Origin: an uncultured Spirochaetota bacterium
GTDB taxonomy: Bacteria; Spirochaetota; UBA4802; UBA5550
Direction of reading: 5' to 3'
Length of the DNA: 64,000 bases
Assembly (NCBI GenBank): GCA_963827275.1
Contig: CAWHAA010000002.1
Location: forward strand, 276,566-340,565
In this document: positions 42,773-54,742 of the stretch, in pieces
Position numbering within the stretch: position 1 is the first letter of the stretch
How the letters are laid out: every line of letters begins with the position of its first letter
The notes under the pieces: generated by a model
Seen by the model: the letters and a program-made list of their open reading frames with translations, nothing else
Told to the model about the DNA's origin: nothing
Databases searched by the model: none
Position numbers and translations under genes: made by a program

Positions 42773-43772
42773 ATGGCACTTTTTGAAAGCTATGACAGAA
42801 GAATAAGCCAGGTAAATGCAGCGCTGAAAAAAAACGGGATAGATTCCCTGGAACAGGCAAAAAAGATCTGTGACGACAGGGGCATAGATCCGTACAGCCA
42901 TAGCGAAAGGCATTCAACCGATATGTTTTGAAAATGTTTGCTGGGCGTATATAGCAGGTGCGGCAATAGCGATAAAGAAGGGTAATAAAAAAGCCGCCGA
43001 AGCTGCGGAAGCAATAGGCGAAGGACTGCAGGCTTTTTGCATCCCGGGTTCAGTCGCGGATGACAGGAAAGTCGGATTGGGACATGGAAACCTCGCGGCA
43101 ATGCTCCTGCGCGATGAAACGAAATGCTTCGCCTTCCTCGCCGGGCATGAATCGTTTGCGGCCGCCGAAGGTGCAATCGGAATTGCGCGGTCGGCAAATA
43201 AAATAAGAAAACAACCCCTGAAGGTAATATTAAACGGACTTGGAAAGGACGCCGCGCAGATTATATCAAGGATAAACGGCTTTACCTATGTGCAGACGAA
43301 ATTTGACTACTATTCCGGAAAACTGACTATCGTCAAAGAGACGCAGTATTCAAAGGGCGATAAGGCGAAAGTCAGGTGCTACGGCGCGGATGACGTGCGG
43401 GAAGGCGTCGCTATCATGCACCACGAAGGTGTTGACGTGTCGATTACGGGAAATTCAACCAACCCGACGCGATTCCAGCACCCTGTCGCGGGAACATACA
43501 AGAAAGAATGCCATGAGCAGGGCAAAAAGTATTTTTCCGTTGCTTCGGGCGGCGGCACCGGGAGAACGCTTCATCCCGATAACATGGCGGCGGGTCCCGC
43601 GTCATATGGAATGACGGACACCATGGGACGGATGCATTCGGACGCCCAGTTCGCCGGTTCTTCTTCAGTCCCGGCCCATGTTGAAATGATGGGGTTCCTC
43701 GGAATGGGCAATAATCCCATGGTCGGGGCAACGGTAGCCGTTGCCGTGGCGGTTGAAGAGGCCATGAAGTAG
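42773..43772 (+). CDS. GGGtGRT protein, +1 frameshift near 42899
   Basis: MALFESYDRR start after GGGAGG; SGGGTGRTLHPDN signature. Confidence 0.9.
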
Positions 43773-43903
43773 CGGGTCCGCTTACGACAGCTCCGGACAT
43801 GATAAAAAAATAATTCAATTATTCGAATATCTTGCTATGCGCATCGAATAATACGTTGTAATCTTCGAGATAATACGTCCCGTTGGATGGGGTAGCATTC
43901 GCG

Positions 43904-45010
43904 ATGCAAGAGTTCAATTACTACATGCCCACAAAAGTCTTCTGGGGCCCGGAGTGCCTGAAAAAACAGGGCAATGCAATCCGGTCGATCGGGAAACGGG
44001 CGCTCGTGGTGACCGGGAAACGGTCCGCCCGCGCTTCGGGAGTGCTGGATGATATCACCGGGACCCTCGGCGGGGCAGGCGTCCACTTCGCGGTTTTTGA
44101 CGACATCGAGCCGAACCCGTCCATAGCGACCGCCCGGCGCGCGGGAAAGGCCGCCCGGTCATTCGGCGCGGACATGATCGTGGCGGCCGGGGGCGGGTCC
44201 CCGCTTGACGCGGGAAAGGCGGCCGCCGTCATGGCGGCGAACGACCGCGAGGATGACGACCTCTTTGCCGGGCGATATGCCGGCCCGGTACTGCCGGTTG
44301 TCGCGGTCCCGACGACGGCCGGGACCGGCTCCGAGGTGACGCCCTATTCAATACTGACCGATCCGGCCATGAAGACGAAGCGGAACCTGAAATCGGACAG
44401 GCTGTTCCCGGTCCTGGCGTTCCTCGATTCGCGCTACACTGATTCCCTTCCGCCCGAGGTCACGGCGCACACGGCGGTCGACGCGCTCACGCACGCGGTG
44501 GAAGGGTTTCTCTCCACGCGCTCTACCCCTGTGGCGGACACGCTTGCGCTCAGGAGCATGGAGCTGCTTGGTGTTGAGCTCCCGAAACTCCGCTCAGGAG
44601 CGCCGGACAGGGACGGCAGGGAGAACCTCCTCTTTGCCTCCCTCCTCGCGGGATACGTGATCGCGCAGACCGGGACGACCGTGCTGCATGCAATGGGATA
44701 TCATCTCACCTTTTTTCATGGCGTGGAGCATGGCAGGGCAAACGGTCTGCTGCTCGCACCCTATCTCCGGCATGTCAGGAACGGGCAGCCTGAGCGGGTG
44801 CGTTCGGTGCTCGCCTCCCTCGGGTGCGAAGACCTGGCGGAGCTTGAGGCAATGCTGGGGGTTCTGCTGAAAAAGGATGTCATGCTGACTGAACGCGAAG
44901 CCGGGGAGTATTCACTGATTGCGTCACAGGCCGCCGGCGCCGCGAGCACCGATCCGCGCCCGGACGCTGATGATGTTCGTTCAATGTATAATGCCATGCT
45001 CCGTGCATGA
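43904..45010 (+). CDS. Iron-containing alcohol dehydrogenase
   Basis: EPNP, GGGSPLD, PTTAGTGSE, DALTHAVE, HAMGY, HG. Confidence 0.9.
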   Translation: MQEFNYYMPTKVFWGPECLKKQGNAIRSIGKRALVVTGKRSARASGVLDDITGTLGGAGVHFAVFDDIEPNPSIATARRAGKAARSFGADMIVAAGGGSPLDAGKAAAVMAANDREDDDLFAGRYAGPVLPVVAVPTTAGTGSEVTPYSILTDPAMKTKRNLKSDRLFPVLAFLDSRYTDSLPPEVTAHTAVDALTHAVEGFLSTRSTPVADTLALRSMELLGVELPKLRSGAPDRDGRENLLFASLLAGYVIAQTGTTVLHAMGYHLTFFHGVEHGRANGLLLAPYLRHVRNGQPERVRSVLASLGCEDLAELEAMLGVLLKKDVMLTEREAGEYSLIASQAAGAASTDPRPDADDVRSMYNAMLRA

Positions 45011-45052
45011 CCGGTGTGTGCGATGCGGGAATCGCTATTTAGATGATGAGGG

Positions 45053-46462
45053 ATGAAATTCAAAATGAAAATCGAAGCCAAGAAGTATAAATACAGCCTG
45101 AACAAAAACGACGGCAATCGGCCGGCACAACCGGTCACAGCGGAGCGGGCGCCGCGCGCCGCCGAAGCTGAACGGCCGCGGCTGCGCCTGCCCGGGATCA
45201 CTCTCCCGAAAATCAGGTTTCCGAAAATTACCATCCCGCGCGTCGCGCTGCCGAAGATGACGATGCCGGACATGACGATTTCGAGGTTCAAGGCGCCGCA
45301 GCTCCGGGGGCGGCGCTCCCTGCGCATTGCCGCGTTCCTGGCCGGGGTGCCGGCGGCCATCATCATCGCGTGGCTCGGGGTGAACCTCATCCACCGTCCC
45401 GTGCCGCCGCCGCTTTTCACCGAACGCGACCTTCAACAGCTGCCGCCGGCGGAATCCAACGGCTATGCGTATATATACGATGACCGGATCGCCGGTGAGT
45501 ACGCCGCGAAGGACATCAGCGACAATTATCTTTTCAGGAACGCCGCGTCACTGGAGCTTTTCCTCGACAAGACGCGCGGAGAATATTCCATGGCGCGGAC
45601 CCTGGCCGTCCGCGAGGACGTTAAGAAAATGATCGGCCTCTACGGCGATATCATGAAAAAGCAGGTGTTCGCTGACATGACCATGCCGCAGGGGAACGAC
45701 CTCCAGAAAGCACGGGCCTTCTATGCGCTGCATAACGCGATGACCGCTACCATCATTGCGCGCATGCAGGAAAAAAAACCGGGGGCGGCCCTCGCGATGA
45801 TGAAGGACCAGCTGGACCTCACCGTCCGGTACGCCAGCTCGGCCCGGTCGATGTTCAATTACACAGGGGCGCTTCAGGCGTATGATAAATCTCTCGATAT
45901 ACTGAAATCGATGCTGGCCGTGAGCGGCGGGGCGATGGGAAAAGACGCGATCGCCTCCTGCAGGGAGATCGCCGGTGTGGCGCGCTCGTTCAATCCCGCC
46001 ACCATCCCGCTCGACCGGATTGTCGTGTTTGAATATATCATCTCCTGGCGGCGCGCATTCGACCCGTCGATACCGCACCCGGAGGAGTCAGTCCGCCGCG
46101 GCATGAAATACAAAAAGCTCGCCTTCTTCGACCGCGGGGCCACCCAGCGCCTGTACGACAGGCGCTGGAAGGAGCTGCATGACTACGCGAAGAGCCCGAA
46201 TGAACAGGGATTCGGCGAATTGATGAAGCTGCGCGAAGGGCGCTATGCGGCGGGTGGCTTCTGGTGGCTTAATAACGCGGTGGGAAAAAAATATCTCGAT
46301 ACCATCGGGATCCCCGCGTACCAGCTCTTCCTCGAATCAAAAAGCCGCGGTGACGCCATCATGCGGAAGCAGGGGGAGATCGTGCCGGTCATCGACGCGC
46401 TCAAGGAGGCCGCGCCCGGGAAGAAGGCGGTGAAGGGAAAGGGGAAGAGGAGAGCCCGTTGA
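45053..46462 (+). CDS. Single-pass membrane hypothetical protein
   Basis: Pro-periodic N-terminus, one TM helix, helical extracytoplasmic region. Confidence 0.65.
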   Translation: MKFKMKIEAKKYKYSLNKNDGNRPAQPVTAERAPRAAEAERPRLRLPGITLPKIRFPKITIPRVALPKMTMPDMTISRFKAPQLRGRRSLRIAAFLAGVPAAIIIAWLGVNLIHRPVPPPLFTERDLQQLPPAESNGYAYIYDDRIAGEYAAKDISDNYLFRNAASLELFLDKTRGEYSMARTLAVREDVKKMIGLYGDIMKKQVFADMTMPQGNDLQKARAFYALHNAMTATIIARMQEKKPGAALAMMKDQLDLTVRYASSARSMFNYTGALQAYDKSLDILKSMLAVSGGAMGKDAIASCREIAGVARSFNPATIPLDRIVVFEYIISWRRAFDPSIPHPEESVRRGMKYKKLAFFDRGATQRLYDRRWKELHDYAKSPNEQGFGELMKLREGRYAAGGFWWLNNAVGKKYLDTIGIPAYQLFLESKSRGDAIMRKQGEIVPVIDALKEAAPGKKAVKGKGKRRAR

Positions 46463-46483
46463 TGAAGATGCGGCCCCGTCCGG

Positions 46484-48586
46484 CTATACGATAAGCTTCA
46501 CGATCTCTATCTTTTTCTCCTTGCCCTTGACCTCGATGGCCGGGCAGACCTGGTGGCGGTACCTGTTCTTGACCTGGCTGAACAGGTGCCGCGACACGAT
46601 GATTTCACCCGCCAGCGCGGAGGAACAGAGCCGTGACGTCAGGTTGACGGTGTCCCCGACGCTGGTAAAATCCATCCTGGAGCTTGAGCCTATATTCCCC
46701 ACCACGACGTCCCCGGAGTGGACCCCGATGCCGATCTCGAACACGGGCAGGTTTTTCGCCGTCCGCGTCCTGTTCGCCTTCACGACTTCGGTCATTATTT
46801 CGATCGCGACGGAAACCGCGCGGTCGGCCTTGGTGTCCCCGGAAAAGTGGGCCATGATCTGGTCGCCCACGTAATCGTCGATGTCCCCCAGGGCTTTCTT
46901 GATTATCCTGGACTGCAGCTCGAGATAGAAATTCAGGATTTCAACGACGGTTTCAGGCTTTTCCCTTTCGGAAAACGAGGTGAAGCCGCGTATGTCCGAA
47001 AATATGAACGCGAAATTCTTCCTGCCGGTGACCCCGAGGTCGATGCTGCCGCCGGAGGACGAGCTGTGCTTCTCGATCATGCTCCTGGTCGACCGCGATA
47101 CGTACTTCTCGAGGTGGTATTTCTTTTTGATTTCGCCGATCATGTAGTTGGTGATGTCGCCGAGCCGTCCGATCTCGTCGTTCGCCGCTATGTCGATCTT
47201 TTCGTCGAGGTTCCCCTTGCTGACCGACAGCGCCCAGTCCTCGAGCTTTTTCAGGTTCTTCACGTTGTGGTTGAGTACGAAAAAAATGACGAAGCCGCTC
47301 ATCAGGGTGATCGCCAGCGCGATGGAGACGACCTGCCTGATGTTCCGCTGCGACGACTGCTTGATGATGTCCACGTTGAAGACGATGCCGAGCGCGCCGA
47401 GTTTGCGGCAGGCGTCGGCGCGGACATACATCGTCTTGAAGTTCGCGATTATCGCGTCGTCGATCTCCTTTGCCTTCGCGGACGCGTCCTCGATATAGGC
47501 GGCGTTTTTCTTTTCCTTCAGGTCGAAGAGCCACCTTTCTTTCCACATCCACGCTTCCTTCGCGGGGATCACCCTGTTCCGCAGCTTCATGCAGTGGTGC
47601 AGGAGGGACAGGAAAAGAAAATCGGCGTCATTTTCCCTCGTTACCTGCGCGGGGATGGCCCTGTTTTTTTGCGGGGGAGCGGCGGCGGTTTTTTTCTTCT
47701 TCGCGGGCTCATCGCCTCCGCCGAGTATCTCCCGGTACTTGTTTGTCAGGTATAAATAGATCTGGGCCTTCCTTTTCAGGCCGGCGGTGTGATATTCGTC
47801 GAACAGGCGGTCGAAATCGTTCAGGATGCTGATGATGTCCCCGTCACGGAGGAACAGGGGATAGGTTATGGCGCGGTACCTGGCTGTCTTTTTTTTGCGC
47901 TTCGTTTTGTCCCATGCCTCATTGGTGTAGTCATACGATAAGAGCTTTTCTTTCTCCTGCAGCAGGCCCTGCTTGATGTAGGGCGGTATGTCCCTGCGGT
48001 AATAGTCCTGCTTCAGCGTGCTGAACTTCACCCTCCCGAACTCGTTGGTCAGCACGATCTTCACGATATCATCGTTGTAGCTGATGAAATTTTTTGATTC
48101 GCGCTCTATGATCTCGTATTTCGTGGCGATCTCCTCTTTCGAGGTCTCTATGTCCTTGTCAAGGTAGAACTCGGCGGGGCCGGCCAGTATGCGCGTGAGC
48201 GCGATCGCCTTCGCGTTCTTCTCTTCCTCCACGAGCTTCCGGTTGTTGAGGTAAATGGTTATGGTGAGGGCCGCTATTATTACGATGATCACCAGCATCA
48301 GCAGGGCGAAGACCCGCGCGCGCAGGCCGAACCATACCTCGCGGATGTTCCCGCCCATTTCGCTTACCAGCTTGTTCTTCTTGAAGAAAAAATGCAGGAT
48401 GCGTTTTAACAAGGATTGGTTGCCGTTTTTCAAGGTATGCGGCCTCTCAGAATGTTTTAGTGTGTGAAACAGCGAACTATCCAGCCCCGTGCGGCCGGGC
48501 TGCAGCTCGATGCATTGTATTGCAACAAGCAGTGATAGTGCAAAAAGAAAAAGCAAGTGATATTTAGCAGTTTCTTTTGCTGGCAT
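46484..48586 (-). CDS. Membrane adenylate/guanylate cyclase with HAMP domain
   Basis: DEIGRL HAMP, FSDIRGFT, YVGDQIMA, GIGVHSG, GDTVNLTSRL. Confidence 0.9.
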   Translation of the reverse strand: MPAKETAKYHLLFLFALSLLVAIQCIELQPGRTGLDSSLFHTLKHSERPHTLKNGNQSLLKRILHFFFKKNKLVSEMGGNIREVWFGLRARVFALLMLVIIVIIAALTITIYLNNRKLVEEEKNAKAIALTRILAGPAEFYLDKDIETSKEEIATKYEIIERESKNFISYNDDIVKIVLTNEFGRVKFSTLKQDYYRRDIPPYIKQGLLQEKEKLLSYDYTNEAWDKTKRKKKTARYRAITYPLFLRDGDIISILNDFDRLFDEYHTAGLKRKAQIYLYLTNKYREILGGGDEPAKKKKTAAAPPQKNRAIPAQVTRENDADFLFLSLLHHCMKLRNRVIPAKEAWMWKERWLFDLKEKKNAAYIEDASAKAKEIDDAIIANFKTMYVRADACRKLGALGIVFNVDIIKQSSQRNIRQVVSIALAITLMSGFVIFFVLNHNVKNLKKLEDWALSVSKGNLDEKIDIAANDEIGRLGDITNYMIGEIKKKYHLEKYVSRSTRSMIEKHSSSSGGSIDLGVTGRKNFAFIFSDIRGFTSFSEREKPETVVEILNFYLELQSRIIKKALGDIDDYVGDQIMAHFSGDTKADRAVSVAIEIMTEVVKANRTRTAKNLPVFEIGIGVHSGDVVVGNIGSSSRMDFTSVGDTVNLTSRLCSSALAGEIIVSRHLFSQVKNRYRHQVCPAIEVKGKEKKIEIVKLIV

Positions 48587-49055
48587 TTCATTTGCCCTGT
48601 ATGGCTTTCTGCGCGGCCGGCATGGGCTGAACCTGCACCCCGCGGATTTACCGACGATGCCTCTGAATTACACAACGAAGGAGTGATCTATCTCTCCAAT
48701 ATTCAATAGTGCTCGCACAATGCTTCAGTCGGCCTGTGCCGTCGGACCTGTATTCTTACAGGTATATAGTCCAAATAAAATGAATAAATAATTAAAAAAG
48801 ACTATTTATTCTATAGACGACGGCAGACAAAAAATCCTGTTCTGTCCCTGGTTTGCCGGGACCCGGGTATTTTTTGTTAAATAATATATCAGGATTTATA
48901 AATATTGTTGAATCCAGGCTTAAAGAAGGCTATGTTTAAATAAATTCCGGATGGACGGATTTTAAACATTATAAGTGAAATATTACGTTCAGATGCATGT
49001 AACCCGAAACATAAAAATTCAAGGTGAACAATAAAGATCAGGGGAGGATTGTACC

Positions 49056-50535
49056 GTGTTACGCTCAATGAAAAATATAAAAAAGCATTCCGTTCTTCTT
49101 ACCATTGTTTTTTTTGTATTTATCTGTACCTCTTGTGAGGAGCAAAAGTCAATGTCCTCACTCCTGGGTATTACAGGTGCAAATAATGCAGAAAATGAAA
49201 GCACTAACTGACAATGGGAGCAATGATACAGGCACTGGTGCAATCACCGGGAGCCAGACCGTCATTTATACCGCTGTTACTGAAGATAATGTCGAGTTGA
49301 AACTTATGCGGTATCGTCCGTCTACTGACGTCCCATTTAATGAAAAGCGTCAGCCCGTTCTCCTGCTTGGCGGAATCTTCATGAACAATGACGAGTTCAC
49401 GCCTCATACCACGGAACTGATGAAGGAAAAATATTCAGAGATGAAGCTCCCTGACAACATGGCCGCCTGGGCCGTGGGTGATCCATATATCGCGAATGAC
49501 CATATGATGTATTACAGTCTTGGCTACTATCTCTGGAAAAAGGGCTTCGATCCCTGGTTCGGCAACTACCGGGGCACGGGACGGGGTGAAATGAAAAGCG
49601 GGAGCCCCACGGACATATCGACCCTGGACGTACCCGGCTGCCTCGATGTGCCGGCGTTTGTAAAAAAAGTCACGGCGGTCACGGGCCTCAAGCCGTTCAT
49701 CGGCGGCCACAGCACCGGCGCCCTTAACTGCTATGTGTACCTGCAGGGCGCATATCTGGATCCCGCCGAAGTGATAAAAGGGAGAACCTCGAAACCTAAA
49801 TATATTCCCCATGTGAGAGTAAACGCCGAGCTTGCAAAAGAGAGAAACAACAGCGTCAAGGGATACATCGGCATAGACCCCGCGGTCGCGCCGCCGCTTC
49901 CCGCGGAACTTGATGCGTACTGGGTATGGTGGCTGCTGGACGGGCCGATTACGCTCCCGATGGATGCCATGATGGAGGCGCTGGAAGTTAAATCCGGGTA
50001 CACCGGAATGGAGTTCAGCGAAATTTGTGATTATCTGTTCAATGGCCTTGACAACCTGGCCATCCAGTACCCGGACTCGGTTTTTCAATATCTCCAGTTC
50101 TTCAAGACAGGAAGCGTGGACCCCTTCGTCCTTGATTATTTCATCAGATACGCGGTTTCAAACGGCTACCTGAGGATGATCGCCCAGTATGCTGACTGGG
50201 GTGTTAATCTGGTAATGAGGGAAGGATATAACAACGGCCCGGAAAATGCCGGTTCTAACGTCAGGCCAAAAGAGAGAACAGACGGCGACGGTTTCTACTA
50301 CTATGAGGACCATATGAGCAATATAACGGCGCCCATGATCTGCCTGCTGTCCGAAGCAAACGGACTGGTGGCGACCGAGCTCGTAACCAGGTACCTGATT
50401 GACTTGAAGACTCCGCACAGCCTGGACTATGTTTACGAGGTTCCCGGTACCGCCCATGCCGATCTGCCGATCGGGTACGCTGCGCCGCGCTTGATGTTCC
50501 CCGCGATGAGCAACTGGCTTGACCAGGTAAAATAA
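49056..50535 (+). CDS. Lipoprotein alpha/beta hydrolase, +1 frameshift near 49209
   Basis: GGGGAGG RBS, signal ...VFICTSC, nucleophile elbow GHSTG, C-terminal GTAHAD. Confidence 0.75.
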
Positions 50536-50556
50536 CATCACGGACGGATCCTTTGT

Positions 50557-50593
50557 AAAAAAAAGCCCCTGATATAATCAGGGGCTTTTCTGC
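50557..50593. repeat. 37-bp direct repeat copy 1 (terminator hairpin / putative att core)
   Basis: AAAAAAAAGCCCCTGATATAATCAGGGGCTTTTCTGC identical to 60943-60979. Confidence 0.95.
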
Positions 50594-50690
50594 TTTGTCT
50601 GGGAATGGGCCCGGGGTTCGTGACAATGGATGCGCAAGGTACCGTTGCTTTATGCTTTCCCGCGCCTGCATGGCCGGGCAAGATGAATCA

Positions 50691-52709
50691 TCATAGTGCC
50701 CCTCCAAGAAAGCCGGTATCACCGGAACTGCCGGTCAGTACGCCGTTTGACAGTCCCCCGGCGCCGCCGGCGCCATGCGCCAGCTGAGTAGCGGATAGTA
50801 TGGCTCCCGATGACCAGCCATGTTTATATATCGCAAAAGAAGGGCCACCGGCGCCGCCGCCGCCAGGGCCACCGGCGCCGCCTTTTCCTCCATTACCACC
50901 ATTGCCGCCGGCACCGACTTCATCAGTAGCATTGTCGCCGCCGTTACCAGCGTTGCCGCCGCTGCCGCCGTTGCCGCCGTTACCGCCATTGCCGCCGCTG
51001 CCGCCATTGCCGCTTATGATTATACACTTAGCAACAGTGACGGTCGATTCGATCAGGAGGACTCCGAATGAAGCGCCGCCGCCGCCGCCGCAGATGCCGC
51101 CATTGCCGCCGCTGCCGCCGCCACCGCCGCCGCCGCCACCGTTGCCTTCACCTGCAAGATAATAGAATTCAGCTGCCCAGAATTGGCCGCCGCCGCCGCC
51201 ACCGCCGCCGCCACCGTTGCCCGGATTGCCTTTTCCTCCATTAGCTCCTATAGAAGAGATCCAAAGATTACCGGTTATGGCACCTGATGATCCGCCTGAC
51301 CCATTGGAGCCGGGAGATCCGTCCGTTCCATTGCTTCCGTGAAACCCATCGGTACCGGGGTTTATTGTCAACCCGCCGGCACCTCCCGGAGTACCATTGA
51401 TTCCCGGACTGCCATCACCGCCATCCATTGAGTCCCCCAATAAACACCATCCCCCAAAACCTCCATTACCGCCGTTTCTTCCAGCAGCGGAAGTTCCGCC
51501 ATCTCCTCCGTAAACATTAGCATCGGCAAGTGGGCCGATATCAGCTATCCCGCTGCCGCCCGTACTCCCGTTGCCTCCCGGCGCTCCTTCCGAACCGGTT
51601 GATCCATCGTGGCCCGGCGCGCCGTTCCCGGCCGTAATCCTGCAGTCCCTCAGCGTTACGGTGCTGTTAATAAGGCGCACGCCGTAGGAGCCGCCGCCGT
51701 AATTTGCGGCGTTCGAGCTGGCGATGGAAAAGCCGTCGATGATGCAATCGCCGACGCCGCTGCCGTCAAGGGCGATAGTGCCGCCCTGTATCTTGACCTG
51801 GTACGACGCCGTGTCGCGCTCCCAGGTCCCGTGAAGAAACCCGCCGTACATGCTCACCCCGCTCGCCAGGGACACGCTTTCAGCATAGTCCCCGCCGCTC
51901 ACGTACACGTCAGAGCCGGATGCCAGGGCCGCGGTCACTGCGGCCTGGATCGTTTTTTTGGGCGCGGCCCGGTCGGTGCCGTCATTGGCGTCGTCGCCGC
52001 TGACCGCGACATATATGCCGGCACCGGCCTCTTCCATGACAAAGATATACACGCGGTCCGGGAGGCTGTTTCCGGAGCCGTCATCCACCTGAAGATCGTA
52101 CGCGATCGTGCACACTTCCGACGGGGCGGTAAAGCTGGGGCTGACGCCCGTGAGCGTGCCCGTGCCGATCCTCGGCCCGTGTATCTGGGTCCAGGTGCAG
52201 GCGAGGGGATCGTTTTCGGGATCGCTGCTGCCGCTCCCGTCCAGGGTTATCGTGGCGTTGATGCTCACCTCCTGGTCGGTCCCGGCGTCGGCCGCTGGCC
52301 CGTTATTTTCGGATACGTATACGGTCGCCAGGTCGGCAATCGTGCGTGACCCGTCATTCACGGTGAGCCTGACTTCATACGTCCCTTCCGCGTCAAAGGT
52401 AAGCGTGGTCACGGCCGCGGCAGGATCGGCACATGAGGCAGTGCTCCCCGCGGGCTGATGCACCACTTCCCATAAATAGGTGAGGGCGTCCCCGTCGGGA
52501 TCGTAGCTCGCGGACCCGTCGAGACCGGCGCTTCCGGCGGCGCCGCCGTACAGGTTCGCGTTCTGGTCGGCGCCGGCGTCGGCAACCGGCGCGCGGTTGG
52601 TGGATTTCAGTATCAGTCCCTGCCTGCTGTTTTCATCGTCGCATGCCGCAACGATACCGCATGCGGTGAGTAGTGCGATACAGGCGAGATGTGTGCAGAG
52701 CTTCTTCAT
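50691..52709 (-). CDS. Polyglycine-rich surface lipoprotein C (2x PKD, DUF1565/beta-helix-like, PGRS-like)
   Basis: IVAAC lipobox, PVADAG...LDGS.S.DP.GD.L.Y.W PKD motifs, YV...GDDANDGT...PKKTIQAA, Gly-rich C-half. Confidence 0.82.
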   Translation of the reverse strand: MKKLCTHLACIALLTACGIVAACDDENSRQGLILKSTNRAPVADAGADQNANLYGGAAGSAGLDGSASYDPDGDALTYLWEVVHQPAGSTASCADPAAAVTTLTFDAEGTYEVRLTVNDGSRTIADLATVYVSENNGPAADAGTDQEVSINATITLDGSGSSDPENDPLACTWTQIHGPRIGTGTLTGVSPSFTAPSEVCTIAYDLQVDDGSGNSLPDRVYIFVMEEAGAGIYVAVSGDDANDGTDRAAPKKTIQAAVTAALASGSDVYVSGGDYAESVSLASGVSMYGGFLHGTWERDTASYQVKIQGGTIALDGSGVGDCIIDGFSIASSNAANYGGGSYGVRLINSTVTLRDCRITAGNGAPGHDGSTGSEGAPGGNGSTGGSGIADIGPLADANVYGGDGGTSAAGRNGGNGGFGGWCLLGDSMDGGDGSPGINGTPGGAGGLTINPGTDGFHGSNGTDGSPGSNGSGGSSGAITGNLWISSIGANGGKGNPGNGGGGGGGGGGQFWAAEFYYLAGEGNGGGGGGGGGSGGNGGICGGGGGASFGVLLIESTVTVAKCIIISGNGGSGGNGGNGGNGGSGGNAGNGGDNATDEVGAGGNGGNGGKGGAGGPGGGGAGGPSFAIYKHGWSSGAILSATQLAHGAGGAGGLSNGVLTGSSGDTGFLGGAL

Positions 52710-52723
52710 GTCGTTCTCCTCTG

Positions 52724-54726
52724 TCAGTCGCTTGCCCCGGGGTACAGGTCGGCTTCGCCGGGATCGCCTGCGCCGCCCCCCGATCCGCCCCCGGCGCCGC
52801 CGCTTCCTCCGGCGCCGCACGTCAGGGTATTTCCGTTCAGGTATATTATTGAAAGCAATCCGTATTTATATATCGCGAACGATGGGCCGCCCGCGCCGCC
52901 GCCGCCGTCGCCCCCTGCGCCGCCGTTCCCGCCCGTGCCGCCGTCTCCCGCCGGGTCCTGCTCGTCATTGTTTCTGTCGCCGCCGTTCCCGCCCGCGCCG
53001 CCGAAGCCGCCGTAACCGCCGTTCCCGCCCGCGCCGCCGTTCCCGCCGCTGCCGCTGGTAATGACGCAATTCTCTACCGCAACGCTTGATTCGCTCAGGA
53101 AGAGGCCGAAGGACCCGCCGCCGCCCTGGCCGCCCCCGCCGCCGGTTCCCCCCGCGCCTCCCGCGCCGCCGCCCCCCCCGCCGTTGCCTTTATAAAAAAC
53201 GCCGTCTATTCCCCAGGTGCCGCTTCCGCCGCCGCCCCCGCCGCCGTTGCCGGGGATGCCGTCCGTTCCATCGACCCCGGAAGATGATACCCAGAGGCTG
53301 TTTTTTACTATACCGGACGAACCGCCCGCGCCGTCGGCGCCGTCAGCGCCGTTCGATCCGTTGCCGCCGTCATGGCCCGGGTGAACGCCCATTGCGCCGC
53401 CGCTGCCGCCCGGGGTCCCTATCCGCCCTTCGCCGCCCGGCTGCCCCGCGTACACTTCGCCGAATCCGCCGGTCCCGCCCCAGCCGCCGCTTCTTCCGAT
53501 ATCAGATGCGCCCCCGGCCCCACCGACGCCGATCGTCACCGGGTCCTCGGAGTACCTGTCGCTGCTCCCCCATCCGCCGGCGGACCCGGCGGTGCCGTTC
53601 GCGGCGCGCGCTGCGACGTCCGTTCCATCGATTCCACCGGCGCCGTTTCCCGCGGTTATGATGCAGTCTTTCAGCGTAACGCTGCTGTATTTCAGGTGCA
53701 CGCCGCAGGAGCTTTCTCCCGGTATTATGGCGTTCGTGCTGGTGATGGTAAGGCCGTCAATCACGACTTCGCCGACGCCGTTTCCGTCAAGGGCGATGGT
53801 GCCTCCCTGTATAGACGTCTGATATGATGCCCTGTCGCGCTCCCAGGTCCCGTGCAGAAAGCCGCCGTATATGCTCACCCGGTTCGCCAGAGCCACGCTT
53901 TCGGCATAGTCCCCGTCGCTCACGTACAGGTCAAAGCCTGACGCCCGGGCCGCGGTCACCGCCGCCTGGATGGTTTTTTTGGGTGCGGACCGGTCGGTGC
54001 CCTCGTTGGCATCGTCGCCAAGCAGGGATGAGACATATATGCCGGCCCCGGTCTTTTCCATGACATAGATATACACCCGGTCGGGCAGGCTGTTGCCCCC
54101 GCCGTCGTTTACCTGCAGGTCGAAGACGAGCGTGCAGACTTCGGACGGGGCGGTAAAGGTCGGGGCGGCGCCGGAGAGCGTGCCCGTGCCGATGGCCGGC
54201 CCGGTTATCTGGGTCCAGGTGTAGGTGAGGGCGCTGTTTTCGGGATCGGCGCTGCCGCTCCCGTCAAGGGCCACGAGGTCGCCACGGCCCGCCTCCAGGT
54301 CGGGTCCCGCGTCAGCGGTCGGTCCCTGGTTGTCGGCAACATGCACGGTCACCAGGTCGGACGCCGCGCGCAGGCCGTAACTCACGGTAAGTTTTATTTC
54401 ATACGTTCCGATTGCGTCAAAGGTGAACAGGGTCGTAACCGCGGCCGGGTCGGCAAAAGAGACCGTGCTTCCCGCGGGCTGATATACCACTTCCCATGAA
54501 TAGGCGAGGGCGTCCCCGTCAGGATTATAGCTCCCGGTCCCGTCGAGATACGAACTTCCGCTGCTCCCGGAGGTCAGATACGCGGCCTGATCGGCCCCGG
54601 CGTCGGCGACGGGGCACGTTTGAACATATCAATTAAAAATCCGGTCTTTTTGTTTTCACCGCATGCGGAAAGAATGGCACAGGCGGTGATCGCGGCGATA
54701 ATGGAAATGGTTGTTCTCTGCTTCAT
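52724..54726 (-). CDS. Polyglycine-rich surface lipoprotein B, -1 frameshift near 54612
   Basis: ILSAC lipobox; adding one base at KRAP restores PVADAG; same architecture as paralogs. Confidence 0.8.
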
Positions 54727-54742
54727 CGCGTCATTTCCCGCT

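Noticed and set aside
48820..48880. c-di-GMP-I riboswitch upstream of the cyclase (GGCAAACC on minus strand)
   Set aside because: Lacks the GNRA-capped P2 stem and the GCAAA element
54608..54616. Phase variation of lipoprotein B by slipped-strand mispairing
   Set aside because: The run is only four bases and the window has many similar indels; error is more likely, though not excluded
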